From contig JBBQFN010000024.1 in NCBI GenBank assembly GCA_038321985.1, positions 1 through 64,000 of the forward strand: 64,000 bases of DNA, given 5' to 3'. Positions 52,826-63,568 of this stretch are shown piece after piece. The position numbers and the translations under genes were made by a program. Source of the stretch: Cyanophyceae cyanobacterium. Its GTDB lineage: Bacteria; Cyanobacteriota; Cyanobacteriia; Cyanobacteriales; Laspinemataceae. Below the pieces are notes generated by a model that was given only the letters and a program-made list of their open reading frames with translations, was not told where the DNA came from and did no database searches. The first letter of the stretch is position 1. Each line of letters opens with the position of its first letter.

Positions 52826-55800
52826 ATGCAAGCGATCGCTAACTACACGATCACGGAAAAGATTCATGAAAGTGTCCATACCCTGCTCTATCGGGGCTAT
52901 CGAAAAGGGGACGATACTTCAGTAATTATTAAAATTCCCAGTGCCGAATATCCGACAGTGGGAGAGTTGGTTCGATTGCGAAATCAATATGCGATCGCCA
53001 AAAATTTAAACGTGAGGGGAATTGTCAAACCCTTAAGTCTGGAACGGGATCGAAACGGGGTTGCTTTAATTCTTGAAGACTTTGGGGGGATATCCTTAAA
53101 AGATTATATCACATCCCATCCTCTTTCTATCGCTGATTTTCTTTATATTGGGATCCAAATTGCAGATGCTTTAGAAGCACTCTATCAACACCAGATTATT
53201 CATAAAGATATTAAACCGGATAATATTTTAATTTACCCGCCGACGAAGCTGGTGAAGTTAACAGATTTTAGTATTTCGTCTCGGTTGCCCAAAGAAACCT
53301 TAACCCTCGTCAATCCTACCGCTTTAGAGGGGACTTTAGCTTATATTTCCCCGGAACAAACGGGGAGAATGAACCGCTTAATTGATTATCGGACGGATTT
53401 TTATTCTCTAGGGGTAACCTTTTATGAACTGCTGACGGGAACCTTGCCTTTTTCCTCCACCGATCCGATGGAATTAGTCCATTATCACATTGCTAAACAG
53501 CCCGTACCACCAGATCGGGTAGTTCCGGGGATTCCCCAGGCGATCTCCGAGATCGTCATGAAACTGATGGAGAAAAATGCTGAATCCCGGTATCAAACGG
53601 CCCTGGGGTTAAAAACAGATTTAGAAATCTGTTTAACTCAGTTACAAAACACCGGCACTATTGAATCTTTTGCGATCGCCCAGAGGGATATTGCCCCGCG
53701 ATTCCAGATTCCGGAAAAATTGTACGGACGAAGGCTGGAAATAAACCGCTTAATGGGTGCATTTGAGCGGGTTGCCGCCGGCAGTACCGAACTGATGTTA
53801 GTGGCGGGATATTCAGGAATTGGCAAATCCGCCTTAGTTCAGGAAATTCACAAACCGATTCTCGCGAAACGCGGTTATTTTATCTCGGGAAAATTTGACC
53901 AATTTAAGAGAAATATCCCCTTTGCGCCCCTAATTAAAGCCTTTCAAGATTTAATTCGACACCACATTCTCACCGAAAGTCGCCCGGCGATCGCGACTTG
54001 GAAGCAACAACTCGCTGACGCCTTGGAAAATCAAGCCCAAGTCATTATTGATGTGATTTCCGAAGTAGAATTACTACTCGGAAAACAGTCCCCCATTCCC
54101 GAACTCCCTGCCGCTGAATCTCAAAATCGGTTTAACCGCCTGTTCCAAAAGTTTGTCGGAGTTTTTGCCAGCGCCCATCATCCTTTAGTGCTATTTTTAG
54201 ATGATTTGCAATGGGCAGATATCGCTTCGTTGCAGTTACTAGAATTGCTATTAAGTGAGTCGGATTTACACCATTTCTTCGTGATTGGGGCCTATCGGGA
54301 TAACGAAGTGAGTCCGGTTCATCCCTTGATGTTGACCGTTGAGCGCATCCAAAAAACTGACGTAGTTGGCATCAACCGAATTGAAGTTCCGCCCCTGAAG
54401 CGCGAGGATCTTCATCAATTAGTTGCCGATGCCTTAAGTTGTCCCCAAACGCGATCTCAACGGCTTTCCGGACTGGTCTTTCAAAAAACTGAAGGGAATC
54501 CCTTCTTTGTTACTCAATTTTTAAAATCCCTCTATGAAGATAATCTGTTAGAGTACGACGGCGATAGCGGGTATTGGCAGTGCGATATCAGCCAAGTGCA
54601 ATCCTTAGCGGCTTCCCAGAACATTGTCGAATTCATGGCAACTCAGTTGCAGCGATTACCCGCGCCCACACAAACGGTTTTAACATTAGCCGCCTGTATC
54701 GGACATCAATTTGATTTAGCGACTTTAGCGTTAGTGTATCAGCATTCCCTGGCGGAAACATCGATGCAGTTGTGGGAAGCACTGCAAGCGGGGATGGTAA
54801 TTCCCGTCAGTGAATTGTATAAATTTTTCCAAGCTGATTCTCAGCCTGACGGAGCCAATCTCACCGAAGCCCCATTGGTTCAGTATAAGTTTTTACACGA
54901 TCGCATCCAGCAAGCGGCTTATTCCTTAATTCCCGAGGGGGAGAAAAAAGTCACCCACCTCAAACTGGGACGGTTACTGTTACACAATACGCCACCGTCC
55001 GCCTTAGACGAAAATCTTTTTGATTTAGTTAATCAATTGAATCTGGGTTCTGATTTAATCGAAAATCAAGGCGAAAAATATCAACTGGCTGAATTGAATT
55101 TGCAAGCGGGACAGAAAGCGAAAGCTGCTACGGCATACGAACCAGCATTACGGTATTTGAGTCGCGGGTTAGAACTGCTAAACTCAACCAGTTGGGATAG
55201 TCGCTATGATTTAACCCTCCAGCTTCATGTCGCCGCCTCAGAATCAGCTTATCTGAGTACGGACTTTGAGCGCATGGAATGCCTTGCGGAAATCGTCCTA
55301 GAAAAAGCAACTGTTCTCCTGGACAAAATTCAAGTTTATGAAGTTAAAATTCAAGCCTATACCGCCCAAAATAAACAATTAGACGCCCTGGTTACCGCCC
55401 GAGAGTCCTTGATTTTATTGGGAATAGATTTACCCGAACAGCCCAGCTTTGGGGATATTCAAAATGGCCTGGGGGAACTATTCACCTTGTTAAATAGCCA
55501 AAGCATTGCCGCCTTAAGCGAATTACCCATAATGAGCGATGCTAACTCAAAAGCAGCGATGCGGATTCTCAATAATGCCATTACTCCGGCGTATCAATCT
55601 GCTCCTTTACTGTTGCCCTTGGTGGTTTTTGCAGAAATTAAACTATCTCTTAAATATGGTAATATTGATGAGTCGGCTTATGCCTACGCCTGTTATGGAT
55701 TAATTCTATGTGGCATTGTCGGAGACATTGAAACCGGCCATCAATTCGGACAGTTAGCCTTAAAGATCCTGGCTCAATTCAATAATCCCAAGCTCAAATC

Positions 55801-58303
55801 GCGGACCGTAATGGTGGTGAATAATAATGTTCGGTTGTGGAAAGAGCCCCTCCTAGAAACTATTCCCCCTTTACTGAGTGCTTATGAGAGTGGATTGGAA
55901 AGCGGAGATTTAGAATATGCCGGTCTTTGTGCTTATAATTACTGTATCAATTCCTATTTTGCCGGGAAAGAACTGGGGCAGTTAGAAGCCGAAATGACCT
56001 CCTACAGCTTGATGATGGAGAAACTCAAGCAAACCAATACCCTCAACTATCAAAAAATGTATTGGCAGGTGGTGTCCCAACTAATTCGAGGGACTTCCCG
56101 TCCCGGACATTTGATAGGGGAAGTATATAATGAAGCGCTCATGTTGCCTCTGCATGAACGAACGAGCGATCGCTATGCGTTATGTTGCTTGTACCTGCAC
56201 AAACTCATTCTCAGCTTTCTCTTTCGCCAAAGGGACAGCGCCTTTGAAAATGCGGGCATAGCCGCTAATTATTTAGATGGCTTGACTGCAGTTTATCCCT
56301 TACCCCTCTTTTATTTTTACGACTCTCTTTCTGGATTAGGGATATATTTGAAACGCACGGAATCTGAGCAAGAACTCCTCCGGACTAAAATAGAGGAGAA
56401 CCAAGCTAAGATGAAGAAATGGGCGGAATTTTCCCCCCATAATTTTCAGCATAAATATGAACTGGTTGAGGCTGAAAAAGCGCGAGTTTTTGGGGATATT
56501 GCCGAGGCGATCGCGGGTTATGATAACGCCATTGTCCATGCCCGAGAAAGCGGATACATTCAAGAAGAAGCCCTCGCCAACGAACTGGCTGGAGAATTTC
56601 ATTTAGGGCGAGGTAGCCAACAAATTGCTCAGTTTTATTTGACCGAAGCCTATTATGGATATGCTCGTTGGTCAGCAACGGCTAAGGTGAAATTACTAGA
56701 ACAGAAATATCCCTTAGTCTTGGCAAGAGTGACCCAACGAACAGTCATTCGCCCTTTCAGTATTCAGGAAACCATTTCTTCCTTTTCTACAACCAACACC
56801 AGCATTACTCAAGGCGGTGCGGTTTTAGATATAGCAGCGGTTATGAAAGCTCTACTAGGACTTTCTGAAGAACTGGTTTTAGATAGATTCCTTAACAAAT
56901 TGATGGAAGTCATTCTAGAGAATGCGGGGGCACAACACGGATTTTTAATCCTAGAGCGAGAGGGAAAACAAGTTATTCAAGCCACAGGAAGTGTGGATGA
57001 AGAAACGGTGAGTGCGGCTCCGCATTCAGTCGAAATCGATTGTGTGGGAATTCCCCTTGAAGACGTATCCTGTTTACCCTTGACTGTGGTCAATTATGTG
57101 CAGCGAACCGGAGAAGTTCTGGTGATTAATAATGCGGCAGTCGAGTCGGTGTTTACCAGTGACCCCTATATTCTTAATAAGAAGCCCAAATCGGTTCTTT
57201 GCTTTCCGATTGTTTACAAAGGGGAAACCGTGGCGATTTTATACTTAGAGAATAACTTAACTACCGGAGTGTTTACCCGCGATCGCCTCGAAGTTTTAAA
57301 GCTACTCTCATCTCAGGCTGCCATTTCCTTAGAGAATGCTCGATTATATCAAAGTTTAGAACAGTCCGTGCATGACTTGACAGAAGCCCAACTGCAACTG
57401 GTTCAAAATGAAAAAATGTCTACCCTCGGACAGTTGGTGGCAGGAGTCGCCCACGAAATTAACAATCCCCTCAGCTTTGTTCACGGCAATCTGAGTATGG
57501 CCCTGGAATACGCGGAAGACTTGCTCAACCATCTGCAACTTTATGGGGAATTTTATCCGGACCCCGTTCCCGAGATTCAAGCTCATGCTAAGCAGATAGA
57601 TTTAGAATACCTGAAAGAAGATTTTCTGGAGATGCTACGTTCCATGAACTTGGGTACCGATCGCATCAAGGAAATTGTTAAATCCTTAAAGAATTTTTCC
57701 CGCAAAGATCCAGGGGTTTTTCAAAAAGCAGATATTCATGCGGGGCTAGATAGCACCTTGTTGATTTTATCTAATCGCTTGAAAGCCACGGGTTCTAAAC
57801 CAGCGATTACGGTAATTAAAGAGTATGGAAATCTGCCGTTAGTGCAGTGTTATCCCGGACAATTGAATCAGGTATTTATGAACTTGATTGCCAATGCGAT
57901 CGATGCGTTAGACTCCGGGGCTTCTAGTCGCTTGTCATTGGCGGCGAGTCATTTATCCGGGGTTCTTAATCCTTCCTCTGTAGAGAATCAGCCCGCCCCC
58001 GCGACGAATCAGTTAGTCCCGACAACTATTCGCATTCGCACGGAAGTGATAGAAAATTGCATTGCCATTTATATTAGCGATAATGGCTGTGGGATGACGG
58101 AGGAAGTCCAACAAAAATTGTTTAATACCTTCTTTACGACTAAACCGGAAGGAAAAGGGACGGGACTGGGTTTATCGATTAGCTATCAAATTATTGTCGA
58201 ACGTCATAAAGGAGAACTAATCTGTACCTCCAAACCGGAAGAAGGCACAGAATTTATGATTAAAATTCCGATGCGCCACGAGACTCGGCTACTTCAATCA
58301 TAG
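52826..58303 (+). CDS. Ser/Thr kinase - AAA ATPase - GAF - histidine kinase hybrid
   Basis: IIHKDIKPDN, YISPEQTGRMN, GYSGIGKS, LFLDDLQW, GAF, AHEINNP, GKGTGLGL. Confidence 0.95.
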   Translation: MQAIANYTITEKIHESVHTLLYRGYRKGDDTSVIIKIPSAEYPTVGELVRLRNQYAIAKNLNVRGIVKPLSLERDRNGVALILEDFGGISLKDYITSHPLSIADFLYIGIQIADALEALYQHQIIHKDIKPDNILIYPPTKLVKLTDFSISSRLPKETLTLVNPTALEGTLAYISPEQTGRMNRLIDYRTDFYSLGVTFYELLTGTLPFSSTDPMELVHYHIAKQPVPPDRVVPGIPQAISEIVMKLMEKNAESRYQTALGLKTDLEICLTQLQNTGTIESFAIAQRDIAPRFQIPEKLYGRRLEINRLMGAFERVAAGSTELMLVAGYSGIGKSALVQEIHKPILAKRGYFISGKFDQFKRNIPFAPLIKAFQDLIRHHILTESRPAIATWKQQLADALENQAQVIIDVISEVELLLGKQSPIPELPAAESQNRFNRLFQKFVGVFASAHHPLVLFLDDLQWADIASLQLLELLLSESDLHHFFVIGAYRDNEVSPVHPLMLTVERIQKTDVVGINRIEVPPLKREDLHQLVADALSCPQTRSQRLSGLVFQKTEGNPFFVTQFLKSLYEDNLLEYDGDSGYWQCDISQVQSLAASQNIVEFMATQLQRLPAPTQTVLTLAACIGHQFDLATLALVYQHSLAETSMQLWEALQAGMVIPVSELYKFFQADSQPDGANLTEAPLVQYKFLHDRIQQAAYSLIPEGEKKVTHLKLGRLLLHNTPPSALDENLFDLVNQLNLGSDLIENQGEKYQLAELNLQAGQKAKAATAYEPALRYLSRGLELLNSTSWDSRYDLTLQLHVAASESAYLSTDFERMECLAEIVLEKATVLLDKIQVYEVKIQAYTAQNKQLDALVTARESLILLGIDLPEQPSFGDIQNGLGELFTLLNSQSIAALSELPIMSDANSKAAMRILNNAITPAYQSAPLLLPLVVFAEIKLSLKYGNIDESAYAYACYGLILCGIVGDIETGHQFGQLALKILAQFNNPKLKSRTVMVVNNNVRLWKEPLLETIPPLLSAYESGLESGDLEYAGLCAYNYCINSYFAGKELGQLEAEMTSYSLMMEKLKQTNTLNYQKMYWQVVSQLIRGTSRPGHLIGEVYNEALMLPLHERTSDRYALCCLYLHKLILSFLFRQRDSAFENAGIAANYLDGLTAVYPLPLFYFYDSLSGLGIYLKRTESEQELLRTKIEENQAKMKKWAEFSPHNFQHKYELVEAEKARVFGDIAEAIAGYDNAIVHARESGYIQEEALANELAGEFHLGRGSQQIAQFYLTEAYYGYARWSATAKVKLLEQKYPLVLARVTQRTVIRPFSIQETISSFSTTNTSITQGGAVLDIAAVMKALLGLSEELVLDRFLNKLMEVILENAGAQHGFLILEREGKQVIQATGSVDEETVSAAPHSVEIDCVGIPLEDVSCLPLTVVNYVQRTGEVLVINNAAVESVFTSDPYILNKKPKSVLCFPIVYKGETVAILYLENNLTTGVFTRDRLEVLKLLSSQAAISLENARLYQSLEQSVHDLTEAQLQLVQNEKMSTLGQLVAGVAHEINNPLSFVHGNLSMALEYAEDLLNHLQLYGEFYPDPVPEIQAHAKQIDLEYLKEDFLEMLRSMNLGTDRIKEIVKSLKNFSRKDPGVFQKADIHAGLDSTLLILSNRLKATGSKPAITVIKEYGNLPLVQCYPGQLNQVFMNLIANAIDALDSGASSRLSLAASHLSGVLNPSSVENQPAPATNQLVPTTIRIRTEVIENCIAIYISDNGCGMTEEVQQKLFNTFFTTKPEGKGTGLGLSISYQIIVERHKGELICTSKPEEGTEFMIKIPMRHETRLLQS

Positions 58304-58308
58304 GAGGA

Positions 58309-59247
58309 TTAAACCCCGGGCGATTGGGTGACGGTTTGTAAAATTTTCAGGGGTCCAGCTTCTTTGAGCATTTGCATTTCCTGGGGATTGCGGACAAATA
58401 GAGAACCGGCAAAGGCTAAGGAGTTAATTGAAATAGAATTAAAATTTTCCTGCGATCGCGGCACAATGATCATCCAGTCTCGTGTTACCAGAAGGTTGTA
58501 AGGACCCGGTTGTTTGGGTGCGGTTTCTTGCGGGTTTAAACCCACGGCTTCTAATAATTTATAATAGGAAGTGAGGGTAATTTGGGCCGCTTCCAAGGGC
58601 GTATGAAATAAGTCAGGTTCACAGAAGGCGATGGCACAAGCAAAAGGAAAATCAGCAATCATACCCACCCCATTTACAACGGTAGCTGAAGCGATCGCCG
58701 GTTCTATGGGAATCCGGGGTCCCTCCGGGGCGATCGGTATTGGCACTAATTGCAAATGTTTGTGTCTCTGACTCGCCCCCGCTTCCTTCCCGCCATTATA
58801 AAACGCTAACCCATCCAACTGCTGCAACCCCGCCCACATCGCCTCAAAATCCGCCAGGGTGAGTAACATTTCCTGGTCTTCAAACTCCCGGGTTACTAAT
58901 AATAAATGATAGTCTACTACATTAAATTTATTTAACAAGCAAACATGAGTGGGGGAAATATCAGCCACGAATAAATCGCGCTCATAGGGCAAAAAGGGAT
59001 TAAATTCTTGTCCGGATTTCTGAGGCTTTTTATTTTGCGTTTGCTTCGCCTCATCCTTGCGCACGAGATTCGACAAAATCCGAACTAAAAAGCGAATGCC
59101 ATTGGCTTCAATAAAGTCAGAATCCGTAGGAATAGACTGGAGAGCACCGGATTCGATCGCCTCCTCAGTGCGCTGCTGAACTTTTTCCCATAATATACCC
59201 GGTTCTAGGGTCAGTGTACCTGGCAAAGTTGGTTTTTCCTCTATCAT
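58309..59247 (-). CDS. ATP adenylyltransferase / Ap4A phosphorylase II family
   Basis: FNPFLPYE, LLNKFNV, FYNGG..AGASQRHKHLQ, NSLAFAG. Confidence 0.9.
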   Translation of the reverse strand: MIEEKPTLPGTLTLEPGILWEKVQQRTEEAIESGALQSIPTDSDFIEANGIRFLVRILSNLVRKDEAKQTQNKKPQKSGQEFNPFLPYERDLFVADISPTHVCLLNKFNVVDYHLLLVTREFEDQEMLLTLADFEAMWAGLQQLDGLAFYNGGKEAGASQRHKHLQLVPIPIAPEGPRIPIEPAIASATVVNGVGMIADFPFACAIAFCEPDLFHTPLEAAQITLTSYYKLLEAVGLNPQETAPKQPGPYNLLVTRDWMIIVPRSQENFNSISINSLAFAGSLFVRNPQEMQMLKEAGPLKILQTVTQSPGV

Positions 59248-59424
59248 GATGGCAATGAGACGGATAAGATTACCGGATCTACTGTAGAACAGATCCGGAC
59301 ATTTGACTAGGGTGTACTGGGTCGATAAATAGGGAGGAGGGATAAATATATTTTATCAGAGTTTGAATGAAAAATCTAGGATTTAATCTAAAATAAAAAA
59401 GGGTTTTTAATTCAAAATTAGGCT

Positions 59425-60819
59425 ATGAGTGCATCAAATCATTCTGACCCATCCGGACGGGGAGTTCCGACACTTCCCCCCCATTTGAATCTGCGATCGT
59501 ATCAAAAAGAGGCTGTTGCCAGTTGGTTTAGTAACCAAGGACGCGGTACTCTAAAAATGGCAACGGGAAGTGGCAAAACCATCGCTGCCTTGGCGATCGC
59601 CACGGAACTGTATCACCGGATCGGGTTGCAAGTTCTGCTCATCGTCTGTCCTTACCGCCATCTTGTTAATCAATGGGCGCGAGAATGTGAGAGTTTCGGC
59701 CTCCTCCCCATTTTAGCCTTTGAGAATGTTTATACCTGGCAGAGTCTGCTTTCCACCCAACTTTATAACGTCAGTGCAAATATCCAGCCTTTTCTCACAA
59801 TTATTACCACTAATGCCACTTTAATCAGTGAAGGATTGCAGTCTCAACTCCGTTATTTCCCTGAAAAAACTTTAATTATTGGGGATGAAGCCCATAACCT
59901 AGGTGCATCCCGCCTCGAAGAAAGTTTACCCCGTCAAATTGGCTTAAGATTGGCGCTTTCTGCTACTCCTGAACGCTATTTTGATGAGAGTGGTACTCAA
60001 GGATTATTCGACTATTTTGGCTCGGTTATTCCCCCAGAATTAACCCTAGCTGATGCCATTCGAGCCGGGGCTTTAGTGCGCTATCTCTATTATCCTATTT
60101 TAGTTAATTTAACTGAATCTGAGGGCTATGCTTATTTAAAATTAACAAAGCGAATTGGCTGGGCGCTGCGCCATGAAGAAAATATAGATATCAACGATGA
60201 TTTAAGAGGATTATTAATGCAGCGAGCGCGGTTAGTGGGGGCCGCCAGCAATAAATTAAATGCCTTGCGTGAGTTAATGAAAACTCGTTTAAATACCAGT
60301 CATACCTTATTTTATTGTGGGGATGGCACCGTTGAACCGTCGCCCTCCGGTGGCAGTAACCGTCAACTAGAGGCGGTTTCTCACCTCCTGGGGTCGGAAC
60401 TCGGGTATCGGATCAATACCTATACTACGGATACGGCGATCGAGGAACGAGAAGAATTGCGACGGCAATTTGAAAGTGGAGAATTACAAGGATTAGTAGC
60501 CATTCGCTGCTTAGATGAAGGGGTCGATATTCCGGCTATTCAAACCGCTGTTATTCTCGCATCTAGTGGCAATCCCCGCCAGTTTATTCAGCGTCGGGGT
60601 CGAATTTTACGTCCCCACCCTAAAAAAGAACGAGCTACCCTATTTGATACGATTGTTATGCCACCCAATTTAGACCGAGAAGCCCTAGAAATTGAGCGAA
60701 ATATCTTAAAAAAAGAATTGCGTCGCTTCATAGAATTTGCTGATTTAGCTGATAATGCTGGAGAAGCGCGAGTGCAATTACTGCAACTTCAGAAATCTTA
60801 CGGATTGTTAAGTCTTTGA
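59425..60819 (+). CDS. SF2 DEAH helicase, PT-system-associated 'restriction enzyme' family (PbeA-like helicase part)
   Basis: LRSYQ, MATGSGKT, GDEAH, LSATPER, CLDEGVDIP, FIQRRGRILR; no N-terminal nuclease domain visible. Confidence 0.85.
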   Translation: MSASNHSDPSGRGVPTLPPHLNLRSYQKEAVASWFSNQGRGTLKMATGSGKTIAALAIATELYHRIGLQVLLIVCPYRHLVNQWARECESFGLLPILAFENVYTWQSLLSTQLYNVSANIQPFLTIITTNATLISEGLQSQLRYFPEKTLIIGDEAHNLGASRLEESLPRQIGLRLALSATPERYFDESGTQGLFDYFGSVIPPELTLADAIRAGALVRYLYYPILVNLTESEGYAYLKLTKRIGWALRHEENIDINDDLRGLLMQRARLVGAASNKLNALRELMKTRLNTSHTLFYCGDGTVEPSPSGGSNRQLEAVSHLLGSELGYRINTYTTDTAIEEREELRRQFESGELQGLVAIRCLDEGVDIPAIQTAVILASSGNPRQFIQRRGRILRPHPKKERATLFDTIVMPPNLDREALEIERNILKKELRRFIEFADLADNAGEARVQLLQLQKSYGLLSL

Positions 60820-60888
60820 CAGTTGGGGTCAAGACCGCTAAGATTGATAACAATTGGGTAAAACGTCAATCGGGGAGGAAATCACAAG

Positions 60889-61182
60889 ATGTACGCCAGT
60901 AACCCGCCAGAATCGAATACAACCGTTGCCATCGCTGATCCTTACAGGACGGTTGCCGTCAAAAAGCCTCTCATTTTTGCGGAAAATCACTCTTCCTATC
61001 ACCCTAGCGATCGCCTCCCCGACAATCTCCGGGATATCGAAGAACCGATTACCAGTGCCTCCCCAGAAGTTCGGGCAATTATTGAGCGCGTTTTACAAGC
61101 TGAAAAAGATAAACTTTATATGAAAGCTCCCCGCAATATTAACGATGATATCCTCAAAATTGTTAAGGAAGCAATCCAATGA
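60889..61182 (+). CDS. Small protein coupled to the SMC ATPase (PbeB-like by position)
   Basis: GGAGG RBS; C-terminal helix EVRAIIERVLQAEKDKLY...INDDILKIVKE; ATGA overlap with next gene. Confidence 0.75.
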   Translation: MYASNPPESNTTVAIADPYRTVAVKKPLIFAENHSSYHPSDRLPDNLRDIEEPITSASPEVRAIIERVLQAEKDKLYMKAPRNINDDILKIVKEAIQ

Positions 61183-63251
61183 AACTTATTTCTCTAAAAC
61201 TTTGTAATTTCCGCCAATTCTATGGTAAAACCCCCGAAATTTTCCTTTCCAGAGGAGCGCACAATACCACGATTATTCATGGCAATAACGGGTCTGGCAA
61301 AACAACTTTAATGAATGCTTTTACCTGGGTTCTTTATGAACAATTTTCGGCAGCATTTGCCGGACCCGATCGCCTCGTAAATAAACGCGCAGTCTGCGAA
61401 GCAAAAGCCGGTGAGGCTGTTCCCTGTTGGGTTCAATTGGTGTTTGAACATGACAATAAACGCTATCAAGCCAAACGCTTAATTCGCGCTTACAATACCG
61501 ACACCGGAATTACCCACGGTTCGAGTGAATTATTTATGACGATCGCCGGAGATGATGGGCGATGGTCCCCGCCACCGCCTCAACAACATCCGGATGATAT
61601 TATTGGCCGAATTTTACCTGAAAGTTTGCATCAATATTTCTTTTTTGACGGAGAACGAATTGAGTATATTGTCCGTTCTGAGAAAAAAGCCGAAATTGCA
61701 GAAGCGACTAAGAAATTACTAGGTTTAGAGGTTTTAAATCGGGCCGTTCGGCATTTAGGCGAAACCCGCAAAACTTTAGAAAATGAGTTAAAAACCATTG
61801 GAGACCCCCAAACTAAACAGCTATTAAAAGAAAAGGCAGCCCGGGAAAAAGAAAGCAGTCGCCTCACCCATCGACAAACCGAAATTACCCGAGAGTTAGA
61901 AGCACAAGGGCAACTTAAGAAAACCATCAGCGATCGCTTACTAGAATTAGGAGGTGCTGAAGAATTGCAAAAGCGGCGCAAAAACCTAGAAGAACAAAGC
62001 CTCTCCATTCGCAACCAATTAAAACAAGCTAAAGAAGCCCTAAAACGAGCTATTTCTACCCAAGGCTATATCACCTTACTGGGTGAATTCACCACAGAAT
62101 TTAGAACCCTCGTCGATGACTTGAAAAAGCGAGGGGAATTACCGGCTGGAATTAAACAACCCTTCGTCCAACAATTGCTTGATCGCCAACGTTGTATCTG
62201 TGGTGCAGAACTCAACGAAGGCAATCCTTCTCACCAACTGGTGCGATCGTGGATGGATAAAGCAGGCATGGCAGACATTGAAGAAACTGCTATTCGCATG
62301 AGTACCCAAGTGGAAGGAATCGATAAACAAGTCCCGGAATTCTGGCAAGAAATCGACCGTCAACAAAAGGCTATTGAGGAATTTAGAACCAAACTTTCTG
62401 CCAGTGAAACTCAGTTAGATGAAATTAAAGATAAACTCAGAACTTATCCGGATGACAACATCCAAGAATTGCAAAAGCGTTTAGATGAAATTGAGCGGAA
62501 AGTCAGCGAACTGGACCGAGAAGCCGGTTCTAATCAAACTCAAATTGACAGCGTGCAAGGAGGGATAGAACGACTCAATAAACAACTGGAGAAGCAGAAA
62601 ATCAACGAAGAGAAACAAGCGTTAGCCCAAAAACGCATCCTCGCCACTCAGGATGCGATCGACCGCCTTGCCGAGGTGCGATCGCGCCTCGAAAACCAAT
62701 TTCGCAGCCAACTCCAACAACGAGTCCAGGAAATTTTTAGCGAAATTTCTTTTACCCCCTATCTCCCTAAACTCAGTGAAAAATACGAACTTACTTTAAT
62801 TGAAAATACCAGCGGATTTGAAATTCCCGTTGCTGCCTCAACCGGAGAAAATCAGATCCTCAGTTTATCTTTTATTGGTGGTATTATCGACGGGGTGCGC
62901 GAGTGGAGTAAAAAGAACACCTTGATGGGACCGGATAGCAGCACCTTTCCCATTGTCATGGACTCCCCTTTTGGTAGTTTAGATGAAATTTATCGCCGCC
63001 AAATTGCCAAAATTCTCCCCCAACTGGCTAACCAGTTGGTTGTATTAGTCACCAAAACCCAATGGCGCGGAGAAGTTGCCCAAGAAATGGGTCCTTACAT
63101 TGGCAAAGAATATGTCTTGGTTTATAATTCGCCCAAAACAGATTGCGAAGAAGATTGGGTTGAATTAAAAGGAATGCGCTATCCTTTAGTCAAATTCAGT
63201 CCTAATGAATTTGAATATACCGAAATTCTGGAGGTTGAGGAGGTATTTTAA
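61179..63251 (+). CDS. SMC/Rad50-like ATPase, DndD paralogue (PbeC-like)
   Basis: NFRQFYG, GNNGSGKTT, YFFFDGERI, CICG hook-like motif, STGENQ, VMDSPFGSLD. Confidence 0.88.
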   Translation: MKLISLKLCNFRQFYGKTPEIFLSRGAHNTTIIHGNNGSGKTTLMNAFTWVLYEQFSAAFAGPDRLVNKRAVCEAKAGEAVPCWVQLVFEHDNKRYQAKRLIRAYNTDTGITHGSSELFMTIAGDDGRWSPPPPQQHPDDIIGRILPESLHQYFFFDGERIEYIVRSEKKAEIAEATKKLLGLEVLNRAVRHLGETRKTLENELKTIGDPQTKQLLKEKAAREKESSRLTHRQTEITRELEAQGQLKKTISDRLLELGGAEELQKRRKNLEEQSLSIRNQLKQAKEALKRAISTQGYITLLGEFTTEFRTLVDDLKKRGELPAGIKQPFVQQLLDRQRCICGAELNEGNPSHQLVRSWMDKAGMADIEETAIRMSTQVEGIDKQVPEFWQEIDRQQKAIEEFRTKLSASETQLDEIKDKLRTYPDDNIQELQKRLDEIERKVSELDREAGSNQTQIDSVQGGIERLNKQLEKQKINEEKQALAQKRILATQDAIDRLAEVRSRLENQFRSQLQQRVQEIFSEISFTPYLPKLSEKYELTLIENTSGFEIPVAASTGENQILSLSFIGGIIDGVREWSKKNTLMGPDSSTFPIVMDSPFGSLDEIYRRQIAKILPQLANQLVVLVTKTQWRGEVAQEMGPYIGKEYVLVYNSPKTDCEEDWVELKGMRYPLVKFSPNEFEYTEILEVEEVF

Positions 63252-63568
63252 GGAAAGCTATAAATTAAAAATTAGGCAGTCTGTAAGCAGGTATTATTTA
63301 TGAAATAAACTCCCATCCAGAAAACACGTAGCGTCAGTTAGGGATAAAATTTATATCTCTTCAGTTACCTTTAGGGATATAATTAAAGTTATAGTCTGTC
63401 TCTACCGGATAACAGTTTATAACCTCTACCCCAACTCACCCCTTATTCAAATTAATCTTTTAGGTAAAGCTATCTTGCACCTGAGAAGAAACTAGCCCAG
63501 GCATTCTAAAAATTGGCACAATTTAGGCTACAAATCTGTCTTATCAAAGAGTAAAAACTTAGTTCCCC

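Noticed and set aside
49221..58303. Large kinases as part of the defence system
   Set aside because: Both architectures are common expanded families in filamentous cyanobacteria; nothing but proximity links them to the PT genes
59425..63251. Calling this operon dndFGH, sbcCD or a second dndD operon
   Set aside because: Sizes and motifs do not fit DndFGH, no SbcD phosphoesterase is adjacent, and the dndD next to dndC is at 28458-30440
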